A model generated the notes under the pieces. The model was not told the origin of the DNA. It worked only from the letters and a program-made list of their open reading frames with translations, and made no database searches. Shown here piece by piece: positions 14,101 to 27,362 of a stretch of DNA of 64,000 bases. Position 1 is the first letter of the stretch. Each line of letters begins with the position of its first letter. Location of the stretch: NCBI GenBank assembly GCA_964035545.1, contig OZ037770.1, forward strand, positions 12,638,642 to 12,702,641, given 5' to 3'. This stretch comes from Bugula neritina. Its lineage: Eukaryota; Animalia; Bryozoa. Both the position numbers and the translations under genes were made by a program.

Positions 14101-14669
14101 AAAAACTAAAGAATGAGTTGAAACTGGTGATTTGTAGTCAAAGTACCAATAATCTATCACTTCTGAGCTAATTTCTTTTTCTCACATTTTTCACACATGC
14201 TTTGCTTTGAATTTGGAAAAATATACTCTTATCGAGGCTAGTGTTGTGACAATACAAAGTATCTTTCATAAAAAGTAAAACAATATTTAGTTCTAGACTT
14301 CATTAGAATAAATACCTTGATCTCTAGAAGTCTGTCTGTAATTTTCACCCAAAAGTGTGCTGTCTATGAAAATCTGCTTTTTATTTATATATGATGCACT
14401 GCCGGAGGTCCGAAGAAAAGTTTCTAAATTATAGTAGTCACAAAATCAATATATTGTAAATGCAGCAGATCACTTAAATTGTTTTGTTTTAATTAACCAA
14501 TATACATAATATGCACACTTAGTTTCTATCAAACAATTAAATCAGTGCACGTGTGTGCGTGTGTGTGTGCGTGTGTGTGTGTGTGTGCGTGTGTGTGCGT
14601 GTGTGTGTGTGCGCGTGTTTGTGCGTGCGTGTGTGTGTGCACGTGCGTGTGTGTGCATGCGTGTGTGTG

Positions 14670-14760
<91 letters not shown>

Positions 14761-17700
14761 TTTTCTTTAACAATGCTGTGAAAGATGTAAAGAGAAATAT
14801 GCTATAAATAAGAAAATATGTACGAGTAGATCTGGCCAGTAAAGTAAGATACATACGGACATGTGGAGCTAAAGCCAATGCTGAACACTCCCCTATTGTC
14901 TGATCAGTTTCCGCAGTTTTGTCACAGAATATTATTCGGTGGTTTGGGAAGCATTGCTCTTTGATTAACCAGAATTCTTCAGCACCCTGAGACATTTCAT
15001 TGGACGAAAATGCAGTAGAGATATGAGAAGTGCAATCTAAAAATATGTATAGCTATACAGATATAATTGTTTTACTTTTATTGTTGTAGTAGATATTATA
15101 ATATCTTATCTTATTATATCATTTTGTATGCCATGATAAAAGCATTTCAGTTGCTATATATTGTAGCACATCATATTCTTTATATACAGACACACTCACA
15201 CACTCACACACTCACACACTCACACACTCACACACTCACACACTCACACACTCACACACTCACACACTCACACACTCACACACTCACACACTCACACACT
15301 CACACACTCACACACTCACACACTCACACACTCACACACACATATTATATTATATGTGTGCACATCTTATTCCATTACATTACATTATTACTTTATTGTA
15401 ACATGAAATATGGTGGAGTATTCATACTCACAGCTAGTACAAGCTGGGCAAGATGTATCTCTCCCACATTGTAATGATCTGTGTTCAAACCGTAGGGCTA
15501 TAAGAATATACTGCACACACTACATACCAGTTCGGTTTACTGCACAAAAGTATTATAGTAGAACAATTGTTTGTATGTAGCTTTACATTGCTTAATGCAT
15601 TTGAACGCAGTTAGCTGTAGCTTTAAGAAACTTTCAGAAATTTATTGTACACAAGATGTCAGTAGTTTATTGTTTTATCAACATCATCTAGTTTTTCTAA
15701 TTCACTTCTACTACAACTTGAACAAACAGTGGAAAGTTAAACCATGATTGCTAAAAGTTTAGCCATTAATTTTTAAACTTTATTTTAAAGTTGTTATGAT
15801 TTTCCAGCTGCCACAAAATTATTTAAAAAACTTCAACATGATTATTATTAGAGTTATCTCACCTCTACACTCTTCCAAAACGTCAACAGCCTCTACTTTC
15901 TCTTTGGTGTTCAGTTCATAATAAGAGAGAGGGTAGAGCTCAATGGGAGAACTTTTGTTATAGCAATGTTCTTCATAGACTTTTATATGAACTAGGATTG
16001 ATTTAAAATAGTCTTTGGGCTTTGGATCAAACATTATATTGGCAGCGTTTGTCCAGTTTGCTTCACAAAATACCGGAACTGATTCTATTAAAAGAAAATA
16101 CTCTCTAAACAATTTGTTAAATCGAAACATGGTTAAAACTAAAAAACTTCAGCTGCTATGTTCACCTTATGATAATTTTAGTATGCAGCCCAATTTGGAA
16201 AGTATAAAAGAAGGCACTCATGAAACAAACATAGTTCACAGTTATTGCAAATAATTAAATTATAGTTAAAAGCAATTAAAATTAAAATGATATATAACAA
16301 AATTTGATTAAATATTTTGATTAGATAAACATTAGCCTTAAAATCTTCAAGATGGTTATGCATACTGTTGGATGTCTCAAAGGCTATACACGGATATTAT
16401 AAATTAAACTGGAAGTTTAAATAGCAGGCTATGATAGACACATCTATATACCCACCTTGGTGGCCCTGTAGATTGAACTCATATTCGGTTATTGTAACAG
16501 TATACAGATTATTTTGATTTGCAGCAGCCTGAACTTGGACATTTGTTACCAGACGACATTCTACATACAGCTGCAAATTGAATCAAATATAGCAAACATA
16601 GTTAAGATGCCTGCTTATTCCACTACCGAACAACACAGAGTGGAGTTATAGGTGAGGAGTTAAGCTAACTTCTTGCATGCTTTGTAGAGCATTAAGGTTT
16701 AAATCAAAAGTAAATAGAAGTTTAGTAGATATGATCATGTAAAAACCAGTGCCCCCTTTGTCTTAGGAACCGTATATAGGTAATTGCTTTGTAATCAACA
16801 GTATAGCTTTGATAGATCTAAGTTAATGAATTGCCAGTTATACAGCTATGACTCATTATACATAATTTTTTTTTATTTTCTGTCCCATTTAAAACAAAGA
16901 CAGCTTCAAAAAATTTACTAATAGTAACAGGCTTTAATAAAATGAAAAATTTATTATTATCTGCGTATATATTGGTTTGTGTTGCACAGAGGGTCAAAAA
17001 ATATTAATTTAAAAATAAGATATCTTGTTTTCAATTATAAAAAAGTTATAGGTAGTTATATTGACTGTTATATAGCTATCTAACCTGGTTTATAAATATG
17101 CATATTTCACTGCAAAACAATTACACACAATAATCTCCTATTAATAAGTACACAGTATAACATTTCACTATACCACCTGACTGTTTATAGCTTCTTATAA
17201 ACTTGAATTCAAGCAATGACACAGTTGAGTAACTGCATGTCAGTTGCAATTTGCTGCCAAATTTATATTCTAATTAAAATGCAATGCAACTAGGGAAAGA
17301 TTCAACTTGGCCACATTGAATTTCTGACTGAAAATCGTAAAGGCATAAACACAACTTACGTTATGTTTAAAAAAACTGAAACTATCATTTGACATTCCTT
17401 TACCTATATAAATCTCAACTGACCACCCAGTATGTGAAGTTTATAGAGTTGATATATTTTTTCAGTCTTATATCTTTGCTGCATAAATCAATTCAACTTT
17501 AGAGACACTTAGACTGAATACCAACAAAACTGACCCAAAAAATGTATACAGAAAAGTTTAAAAACTGTAATATAGTAACCTGTTAACAAGCACTTACCTT
17601 TAAGTCAACAATGATGTCCGGATTTAGCACCTCCATTTCACAGGTGATGTTGTACCTTTCATTCTGTTTGACTGAGACAGTCTGGTTGTATGATATATAA

Positions 17701-20700
17701 TCAGTAGATACTCTCTGAGAAGACCCATCACTATGACCAGTAAACTGTACCGTAATATTTCTCAGGAACTGTTGTGGCCAATAAAACAGAGAGCAGTCTG
17801 GTGACGTGGGTTTACCTTCGCAAGTTGTGGTGTAGCTTAGTTGACCATAACCACCACCAATCTCTACAGGCCTCACTGTCTGAACCAGCTCTTGGCCTGT
17901 AAGTATAACACACAGTAAACCAGTTTACTCTATACTAGAAACGACAATTAGGTTAGCATGAATTTATTTAATAAATTCAAGCTTCTAGTTTGTGTTTCAC
18001 TCACTGTAATATATACTAGAAATGACAAGTTAGTATTTTTCATTATTGTATATATTTTGTTTTAAAGTTAGGATAGCAACATAAAGTTATTTATATATTA
18101 GCCTTTTATTTGGAAAGAAGATGTAAAATTATCATGTGGCATATTATAGCATTGTTATTATACAAACTTTTAGGGGAAAGCTGTGAAAAGCTTTCAGTCA
18201 AATAGCTAATGTTTGATTTATATAACAGTTTTCCCTCTGTACTATAGAACAATTCAAAGCGTGCCATATATATACACATAACAAAACATATAATATTTAT
18301 TACAAACTTATACAGTCAGGTCAAACAACATCAAACATGTTACAATACCAGCCGCTACATTGTGGAAGAATGTTGCTGCGCATGTTTTCATCTTGTTACA
18401 GGTCCTCAAGAAGAAGTTACCACAGAACTCTGTGGCCGTCCAATAGATATTGCTGTTTAGTTCATCAACCTTCAGCTGTGGCTCTATACACTGTTTCACT
18501 ACAAATGGTGCCAAAAATATACCAACTGTAAAATGTTATAATATTTGATGGTAAACGTAATGTTATAACAGCTCTTTAGCTTTTTTAAGGTTTAAACCTT
18601 GTAGATAGAAAATTAGTAGCTTTAAGTCAATATGAGAAAAGTTGTGGCTCATGATTACTCTTTGTAATAATCCCATCCTAATATGCCCCTTGTAAGAATT
18701 TCTCATTTCTACCATTTATTTATTTTATTTGTAAAGTTATTTGATGATATTGGTTGAATCAAATACTGATAAAGAGACTAAACCACATAGTTATAGTATT
18801 TTTCTTTAAAGCATATTTAAAAATATTATTTAAAGTACAATTGTTGATTAAAAATTGCGGTACAATGCATACACAGGGTATACATTGTACCACAGACGTA
18901 TGGTGTGTGAAACAAATAGTATAAATGCTTATTGAATTTATAGAAATTGAAAAGATGACCTTAAAATTATTAACTACATGATATACAACTATTTAAAAAA
19001 TGGGAAAACAATGTCTATATATATTACTGTTCTAGCAAAATTTAAAATAATACATTATTCAATTATGCAAAAAAAATATATTCAATATTTAAATAATTTC
19101 AATATTAAACTGAGTTGAATAATCATATATTGCATAGAATATAAGCTGTTGGAGTAAAAGCTATGAAAAGCTTTTAGCTATAATGTATATGACTGATCTT
19201 TTGCTGACATTATGTTTTTACTTGCATTGCACTGTTCAACTGCAGCTTAAATGTCCTACATATAATAAAAAATAATTCCTCATAATTCTACAAACAATAT
19301 TTAAATATAACAGCGAAAAATTTTCACAGCTGTGTAACAAAACGATTTATGCAGTTTATGGTTACAAAACATAATTGAAGCAAACGTCATGCAAGTATAG
19401 CTAGTTGTCATTGTGTAATTCTATAAATAAATTTTATAAATAAATTCTATAAATAAATTCTATAAATTAATTCTATAAATAAATTCTATAAATAAATTCT
19501 ATAAATAGAATACAAGCACCTGTTGCTTGTTTACCAACCCTTATAGGATGTCACTCTATATTGGCCACTTACAGGTATCTGATCCACAACAAATACTCTG
19601 TTATGTGTAGATTCTATCATGATTGGCTACAAATCAAATTGCAACTATATAAATAGAATACGATTGGTCAGATAAGTTTCTTTCCTAAAACAGTTCTAAT
19701 TAAAAAAAGTTATCAATATAATAAAATAATATAAGACATGCAACCTATATTGTTTTTCGCAAGTTCAGAATAAAGTTGAAAATTTATTATAATTTTGAAT
19801 TAATTGTAATTTCAAATATTTTGAAAGCAAATTAAAAAGAAGTTAACAGAAATAAAACCAATTAGCAATCTACTCAACTCTTTCAGATATTATCATATCA
19901 CAATACCTTGTGAAGTAAGCATGATTCAACTGTCTGAGAGCTTAAGTCAAACACTTTCATATTAGCCTCAGTTCTTGGCACATTATTATTGCAGACTGAG
20001 GAAGGTATGCTAGCATTGAAATGCTCGTCCCAACCTTTAAATAGGCGCAGTATGCCCCGGTCAGTGTCAGCAATGGCAAACAAGTTATGCTGAAGATGGG
20101 TAGCTATTCTGTTGTAATAAATAGAAATGAACAGAATTATTCTTTAACTATAAATGCAAAATTCAATAATTATAGAATTTAGACTACTTAAAAGTTTATG
20201 GCACTTTTGTGTAGCTTAGTGTAAAAGAGCAGATGTTATCAGCTGATCATCATGCTGTTTCCTAATTTACAAACTCAAAGGAGTTGTTAGTATTCCTATA
20301 CTTTTCAACCAATGATATCGATCGTTTGACAAAATATGTCATATAATTGCGGTTGTTTTAACTACTCGTTGAATAAAAAGCTTTGCTGTTATTCAATTGC
20401 AAGTTTTCTTTTACTTCCGCAATCATTAATTTAAAAACTAGATTGATAACATCATTAATGCTATACAATAATTATATTGACATAAATATTTTGCTAACAG
20501 CAAAAAGAAACTAAAATGTTTTCTTTGCAGTTTATATAGATCGGTATTTTTTAAATATATAGAACTTTGAAGAGCATTGGTATACCAACCTGTTGCTGTG
20601 GACTGCAGTGTTGGCCAGGCCAGGGGTGTGTGTGGAGAGAAACTCTGTGGAATTACTCACAGAGTAGAGTGAAAAGCTGCCGGCAGAGTTCAGCATGTAA

Positions 20701-23700
20701 AACAGCTGACTCTTGCCATGAAATATGCTGCTGGCAGAGATCTGGGGGTTCAACAAAACTTCGGAACTTGTGTCGATATTAAACTGTCAAAAAAAGAATA
20801 AAATTAACATCACTAATAGTTTGCCAAAATTGGCTTGCCTTTTACATATAATGACAATAAGTATAATATAGCAAATTAAAAAGAAAATCAAAATTTGCAA
20901 TCTTTCTTAAGTTAGTGAAGCATGTTTAGCGTAGTTGTCATTTTTCCAACTTGCAAAAACAAGACTGTGATGATGACTTTTATTAGCAAACCTCCTTGTG
21001 TTAAAGATAACACTATAAAATTTACAATGCATTTTATGCTAGAGTTGGTGAAAAAATTAAAAAATTAAACGGCTTCCATATATATAAACTAGATCCATTT
21101 AGTAAATTTTAATGCTTAGAGTAGATAAAATTGATCACTATTTTTACAATTACAAACTAAAAAAACACACTATCTTTGAAATGTACTACGAGCTCCTCAG
21201 CTTATATAAAAAAATTGAACCAGCTTAAATATAAGAATGACACAAATAACATGCTTTTTATAGCAGCTACAAACTAAAAGTTGGGTAAGTTCTGTTAAAT
21301 AGATTTATTCACAATTCCGATAGAGACAGATGTAACCCTGCATTAAAAATCTTAAGTGAGTTACAGGTAGGTTACAGGTAGGTTACAGGTAGGTCACAGG
21401 TATGTTACAGGTAGATATTTCTCACTTGTCTGATAAGTTCTCCATCTGTGAAATACAACCGTTCTGTTTGAGGGTGACATACAAGGGAGGCAATTCTAGT
21501 CTCAACAGCTGTTTGAGAATCAACGATTGTAGCTTCTTGGTCTGGAAAATGATGACACTAGCTGATATAATTTGGATTAAAACTATACGTTCTTGTAATA
21601 TATATTGACAGTATTTATACTGTCAATAACTTAAAATTTGCTGTTACAACAATAATGCATAGAAAATATATTTGCTAGCTTTTGGTTAATGTTTAGGCTT
21701 TACGTCATAGATAAAAAGTTCATTGCCTCTTGTCCACAACTGTGCTTATGGCCGAGTTTGAAAGATTGTAAGTTGTACCACATTTGATGTTACATATGCT
21801 AATAGCTAGTTTGTAAACTAAAATATTTTTTTCTTCTCTCTCACACACACACACACACACTCGCACGCACTTGCACGCACTCGCACGCACTTGCACGCAC
21901 TCGCACGCACTTGCACGCACTCGCACGCACTCGCACACACACGCACACACTCGCACACACTCATACACACTCGTAGACTCGCATGGTTTATACACTTTAT
22001 CGTACTTACTTTCATACTGACATTGTCCAAACAATAATTCGGGTTCTGTTAACTGTAACATACTGATACAGTGACTTCCAGCTACATAGTATACTAAGTT
22101 ATTTGTACCACATTGAGTTATATAATCCACCATACCATTGTTGTCTCCTAAAAATATGTTCAACGTATTACAATATGCAACCTAATCAATCAAATGCCAG
22201 CAGTCAAAATATACAAAATGATTTAGTAAAATTCTAAAATAATTTTCAGTCACTGCTCTGTATTTTTTATTTTTCTAGACTAACATTATATTAATAATTA
22301 CTTACTATATCCATGAAGAACAAAATCTGTCATAAAAATAGTTGTGTTTGTTGTGGAACTTGATATTTGTAGAGACTTTGCTCTAATTGGCTGAAATGTA
22401 TATCCTTCTGTAAAATTAGCAGGGTGGGTACGTGTGAAGTCCGAGCCAATTGATATCCACGCTGAATGTCTGCTCCATCTATACTCTATCTTGTAGAATT
22501 CATTTATAACACTTGAAGTTGCTAAATGGGGTGTATATATATATTTGTTACGATAAAAGCTTTTAATGAACTCTTGAAGTTAATAATGAATACTTCAAAA
22601 CTTTTATCAACTATAAACCAAATCTGAAAATATATTCATTAGTTAAAAAGAAAATTTACCAGGTCGTTGCCCTGTCTGATCAAAATACATTTCTGTAAGC
22701 GTGTAGAGATACTTGAGGTGGACAACCAGGAAAGTAAAAGGATAAGTTGGTAGTGGATTCAATACAATTTGTGGAATTATTATAGAACTTGTTTGTACGG
22801 CTGGTTCGTGAACAGCCAGTGCCCTTGTTTCATCCCCGAATGGCAGAATGCTTAATACTCCACGAAATGACATTTTCACATCGTCTGCTTTTGAGGTGGC
22901 TACAAATACAAGAATCATGCGGACAATACCAAAATATTATTAGAAAAAATTAATATATAAATAATATACACAAATAGTATTTATAAGTAAATATATAACA
23001 CGCATACACACGCGCACATGCATGCGCGAGCGCACACACACACACACACACACGCACGCACGCACGCACGCACGCACGCACATAACGTAGACGATAGATC
23101 AAAAATCACAACCGATGATAAGTACCATTTGATTGGTCAATAGAATTTTAGCAACAGTAATTATTTTATTTCTACCACATTTCTTTATTTGACAATTTTC
23201 TACTGTTGGTATCTCGTGCAAGACTCATTCATGGACTATTTATTATGTATTTCCGTCGATGAGTGTGTGGCTGGTCATAATAACAAGAGAAAATCGTCAC
23301 ACGATTTTGTGTGAGGCCAGGCTTTTACACAGATTGAGATACATATATGCGTATATATTTATCTATTTGTTTACTTTTTGATTTATTTCTTTATTTATTT
23401 ATTCATTTATTTATTTTTAACTAGCCAGCTTTTTAAGACTTACATTTAAACAAATATCTGAACCCTTGTTCAATGGCTGCCCTATTTGAATTGTTGACTG
23501 TTATAACACTGGTGGTGTGATTGATGCTGTTTTCTACTACTAAGACAGTCGTATTATGCTGGTGTCTTAAAACCATAATATCCTTAATAATGTGATTTTC
23601 AGCAGTGATAAAATCTATCTTATCTGGATTCAACTGTAGATAGGGAGGGTCAGGTGACGTCCCGTCAGCCTTGCAGTGCAATCTAAAAGATTTACATTTG

Positions 23701-25079
23701 TAATTATTTTTAACAAAAGCATCTTTAGCCTATAGGATAGTAGTTAGGGCTGTGACAACTGCAAGGAGTTATCCCCCTTCCCACACAAAATAATTCAAAT
23801 TGTATTCCTTAGGCTGCTGGAACATCCATGTCTGTCATCAGTTAACATAGCGGAAACTGTAAACTCTAAAAATAAGTTTTTCAATAGAGCATACTGAAAT
23901 ATATTCCGTCACATTATTTTCTTAACCTATAATAAATTAATATGTTATAGTAATCCCAACAAACTGTTCAGATAGTGATTGTTTGTACTTAGTTTGTAAA
24001 TAAAACAAAACCAATAATTGTTTATTCAAACCTGGACTTTTTAAAAAAAATTGTAGCTGACATTACAACTAAATAGTGTTATATTATTTTTTCTTGGTAT
24101 ATTATATTATTGTAATATATAGTATTATATTACAATATTATTTTATAACTATATAACATTGCATCATATTATTATATTTTAGTACTATAATATTGCATTA
24201 TATGTAATATTATAATGTAAAATATTATTACATTATAGTATAATTTTATACAATAATATATTGTATAGTAATGTTACGGTAACGTATTATCCTATTGTAG
24301 TTATATTTTGTCATATTATAACGCTACATAGTTGTTTGTCTGTACTAAACTGTATCACTGTTTATTTTTCTTTATTTACAACATTCCAAAATATGTTTTC
24401 TTTTAAAGTATCCCATTTCCTATATACTTATTATATCTAGTGCAATCTTCATAAACATGATATCCATTATAGATGTCTCAATTTTCCAAGAACAGTGAGT
24501 CTATTGAGGTTATAATATTATTATTTGCTATTATAAGTGAATGTAAAAAGTTGAATCATAACCTGAAGTTTTTTCTAAATAGTAGACTTTAAACTACCAA
24601 AGAATTTCTCTGACTAAACTCATTTTAATTAAAACTATTTGTTATATAATGTGATGTGAAAAAATTCAGGTAAAAATTTATTTAGCACACTTGCCGTAAT
24701 AGACGCAGTAGTAACTTATAGTAATTCGCTTTTGAGATTTCTTTTATAAGAAAATATGTTAACTAATTTAATAGGGCCCTAAATTAAAAAAAAATGAAGA
24801 ATTATATAGATTTAGCATTTCTAACAAAAAACTAATAAAAATATCACTATAAAATATATTATTATAAAACACACATCGTTGTGATTTACTAATACTCATA
24901 GTAATTATACTTTATAATATTAACATTTTATAGCTATAGTATAAAATATATTTATATTCAAGTAGAACATGCTTATAATATGATGGCCATGCACATAAAC
25001 CAATTGAGTGTTTCATAACGTACCTGCTATAACATCCTATGAAAATCATAAAAACAAACTTCTTCACTAAGCTGATCAT
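5120..25079 (-). CDS. Large type I transmembrane protein (~2007 aa, 26 coding exons): signal peptide, F5/8C-like, NHL/YWTD-like propeller, 2x Cys module, EGF, EB-like, TM, repetitive cytoplasmic tail
   Basis: Hand-built exons, all phase-compatible, total 6024 nt: 25079-25024, 23682-23444, 22899-22660, 22521-22306, 22147-22010, 21541-21426, 20783-20590, 20108-19907, 19626-19539, 18525-18349, 17896-17598, 16570-16456, 16084-15863, 15497-15432, 15036-14857, 13981-13815, 13175-13034, 12358-12176, 11262-11185, 10781-10560, 10041-9964, 9768-9547, 8949-8734, 8256-8142, 7727-7607, 7051-5120. N-terminus [43 protein letters not shown]...GYTGEYCE spans a junction. [28 protein letters not shown]. Individual boundaries may be off. 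Confidence 0.75.
5123..6865. repeat. Coding 81-bp tandem repeat (~19 near-perfect plus ~3 degenerate units) encoding 27-aa [27 protein letters not shown]
   Basis: Units start every 81 nt from 5123 to 6581 and then degenerate. The minus-strand frame is open throughout. Confidence 0.95.
8142..8256 (-). CDS. Transmembrane-helix exon (part of the 5120-25079 gene; missed by the ORF track)
   Basis: TTGTAG|AT acceptor; translates [38 protein letters not shown]; donor AA|GTATGC; basic residues follow the helix. Confidence 0.8.
8548..8680 (+). mobile_element. tRNA-derived SINE, diverged intronic copy
   Basis: A-box-like TGTGGTCTACAGGTTAG and B-box-like TTCGAACCC, followed by CAAAGGCCATTGGT..TGTTAGGAAGAGCA..ATAATT.CTCCTGTGCC, which is shared with the copies at 35833-36048 and 52419-52633. 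Confidence 0.7.
8993..9112. mobile_element. Short palindromic MITE-like element (family copy 2, intronic)
   Basis: TATAAGCAGCTCTGAGTTGG ... CCAACTGGGAGCTGCTTATA inverted ends. Confidence 0.65.
10290..10458. mobile_element. Short palindromic MITE-like element (family copy 3, intronic)
   Basis: TTGCTATAA...GACTGAGTGCAGTAG ... CTACTGCACTTAG...CCAACTTGGAGCTGTTTATAGCAA. Confidence 0.65.
10560..10781 (-). CDS. Exon encoding two EGF-like domains (part of the 5120-25079 gene)
   Basis: CLHGGTC...CNC...GYTGEYC and PC...CLNGGNC...[12 protein letters not shown]; phase-1 splice sites at both ends. Confidence 0.88.
14545..14760. repeat. (GT)n/(GCGT)n microsatellite, intronic
   Basis: Directly visible. 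Confidence 0.95.
15189..15341. repeat. (ACACACTC)n 8-mer microsatellite, intronic
   Basis: Directly visible. Confidence 0.95.
19418..19506. repeat. (ATAAATTCTATA)n 12-mer tandem repeat
   Basis: About 7 units directly visible. Confidence 0.85.
21835..21972. repeat. (CA)n plus (CGCACGCACT)n compound microsatellite
   Basis: Directly visible. Confidence 0.9.
22998..23082. repeat. (CA)n/(CGCA)n microsatellite
   Basis: Directly visible. Confidence 0.9.
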
Positions 25080-25709
25080 TCTAAATTACAATAAAGTTGA
25101 GCTAACTATTAACTATTTGGCAACAGAAGCACGTAATTTCTGCACTTATAAAATATAACACAACGCAATGCTTAAGTCAGTTGAAACAGTCTATTGTTGG
25201 AATTATGCAACCCAATGATCTTTGTGACTTTGTTATTCAAAGAGCATCAAAGGGTTTAAATTCATTGCTGATACATAGTGCAAAATAAAAGTCAATTGTA
25301 ATGCTGGTATTGGAAGTTTAATCTCCCAAGCATAAAGAAATTGATTCCTTTATAAACCACCAAAATAGAAAACAGAATAAGTGAAAGATATTATATGTAA
25401 TATGAAATAAAATATGATATTACATATTATATATTACCATGTTATAACATATGATATTCACTATGATACATAATGTAATGTTCAATATATTATTATAACA
25501 TTATATAAAATAATATTATAATGCAAAATAATTTACTCTGCTATTTAATATAACATATTACAACATAATATAATATAACTCAATGTATATAATATTTTAG
25601 GCAGAAGATATGATATAACATCATAAAGTGTTAAAAAATATTATACTGAATGTTTCAGCAATTGAAAAGCCTATACTAGTAGTTTCACATTGCACCTTTT
25701 CAAAGCTTA

Positions 25710-25905
25710 GCATTAATCACTCCATCAGACGAGCGAAACCAAACTCTAAGTAACTGAGCAGACGACTCATAATTCTCTTCATTCCGGCAGCTCTTCAAGT
25801 GACTCTGAACCCCTGTCAGCCACCAGGAGACCAACTGGCAGCAACGAAACAGCGAGTATATCACCAGGTAGATGCAGTATATTAAAAACAGAATGTTGAC
25901 AATAT
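25710..25905 (-). pseudogene. 5' fragment of a sulfotransferase-like paralog
   Basis: Translates IVNILFLIYCIYLVIYSLFRCCQLVSWWLTGVQSHLKSCRNEENYESSAQLLRVWFRSSDGVINAKL*. Near-identical to the N-termini of the four intact genes, then homology stops; no ATG in the expected position. Confidence 0.85.
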
Positions 25906-27296
25906 AATATTTACAAGTACATCAACATATATTATATGAACGCAATTAGGTTATGTAACTGTAGGCTCAAACTATTTGCTGCTTATATCTGAGCTTTAGA
26001 GCGAACAGCTACCCTCTCCAATCTATCACTAAACCAGCATTGGGAATTAGAAGCAGGACACAGTAAATGGGAGGATAACTCCCACTGCTCATTGGTAAAT
26101 ATCATCAATATAAACTATAATAAAGGCACTATAATTTGTTCCAGTATTATATATAATAGAAGTATTATAAAAGCATTTTGCTTCTTTAAATAATTATTGC
26201 TTCACTCAAACTAATAACTAAATATGCATCATAATAAATTAAATAGCTTTGAGACATTCAACTCATGCTTTCATTATACTCATATATTGTAGAGTATAGA
26301 TTTTCAGTAAATGCCAGACATTAATTGTATTTCTTATGTCAATGACTTGTGACTGACTAACATAGACACTGCTGAGTGCGAATATTAGTCTGGCTGCTGC
26401 TCTAGTATATCAGCAAACAGTACATTACACACATAATTCGTTCTAGCTGCCATATTTCATTCCATGCACGGGAACGTGCAAGTTTGTATTCGATACTGAG
26501 CATCCTGTGCTGGTCTATTCCATGCATAGGAACGCAGTATATTAGAACTTAGACAGCCCTGATGTTGTATTTTCATTTTTAAACACATACTATATTCTTG
26601 TAAAGTAGATGAATGAAAAACATGAAGACAATTTGCCATAGTTTAATGTAAAACTTGGCTTGTTTTAAAATAATGCAGTCATGTGATAGTTACAAAACAT
26701 CGGTATTAAAAAGTTGAAAAACTACTTGACAATAATTTTAATAAATCACCTTCCTTATTGCCACTCAACTTGCATATAATTATGTGGCATACCCCAATTG
26801 AGTGGATAAAGGCACAAAGTTGTGTATTATATGACTGTGCCTTATTGTTGACCACCAGGTATCATATCTTGTTAGATAATTATATTATAGCCCATTATAT
26901 AAGTATCATACGATATATCATGTTACCACATCATGCATATAAAATCATATTACTGTATTATATCTTCTTATATTTTATTATATCATGTCATAACATATTA
27001 TATTACATTGTATCGTATACCATATCACATGATATTATATCGTACATGTGTTATTGCATTACATGATTGCATTAGGCAGCATGAGCAATAAACAATGTTG
27101 TTAATAATGCTGTATAAAACATTACCCAGATTGTACATAAAGCTGGAAACCTTAAATTTAGTACTTATCCAGATGTTAGACAGTTATGATAAATCATTAG
27201 GTTGCTATGCAACATATCTTGCCAGATCCAATATATTCTCCTTCTATTACAATAATTTATGCTAGCTTAGCTGAAACCTGGCAGATTGCCAGGAAT

Positions 27297-27362
27297 AGTA
27301 TTGTACTGTACTGTATTGTACTGTATTGTACTGTATTGTACTGTATTGTACTGTATTGTACT
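27297..27362. repeat. (GTACT/GTATT)n pentamer microsatellite
   Basis: Directly visible. Confidence 0.9.

Noticed and set aside
14537-15474. HT/CV-repeat ORFs
   Set aside because: Translations of intronic microsatellites; only 15036-14857 and 15497-15432 are exonic.
24080-25620. Degenerate (ATATT)n tracts that look like inverted repeats around the signal-peptide exon
   Set aside because: Low-complexity AT pentamer decay; the self-complementarity is expected by chance.
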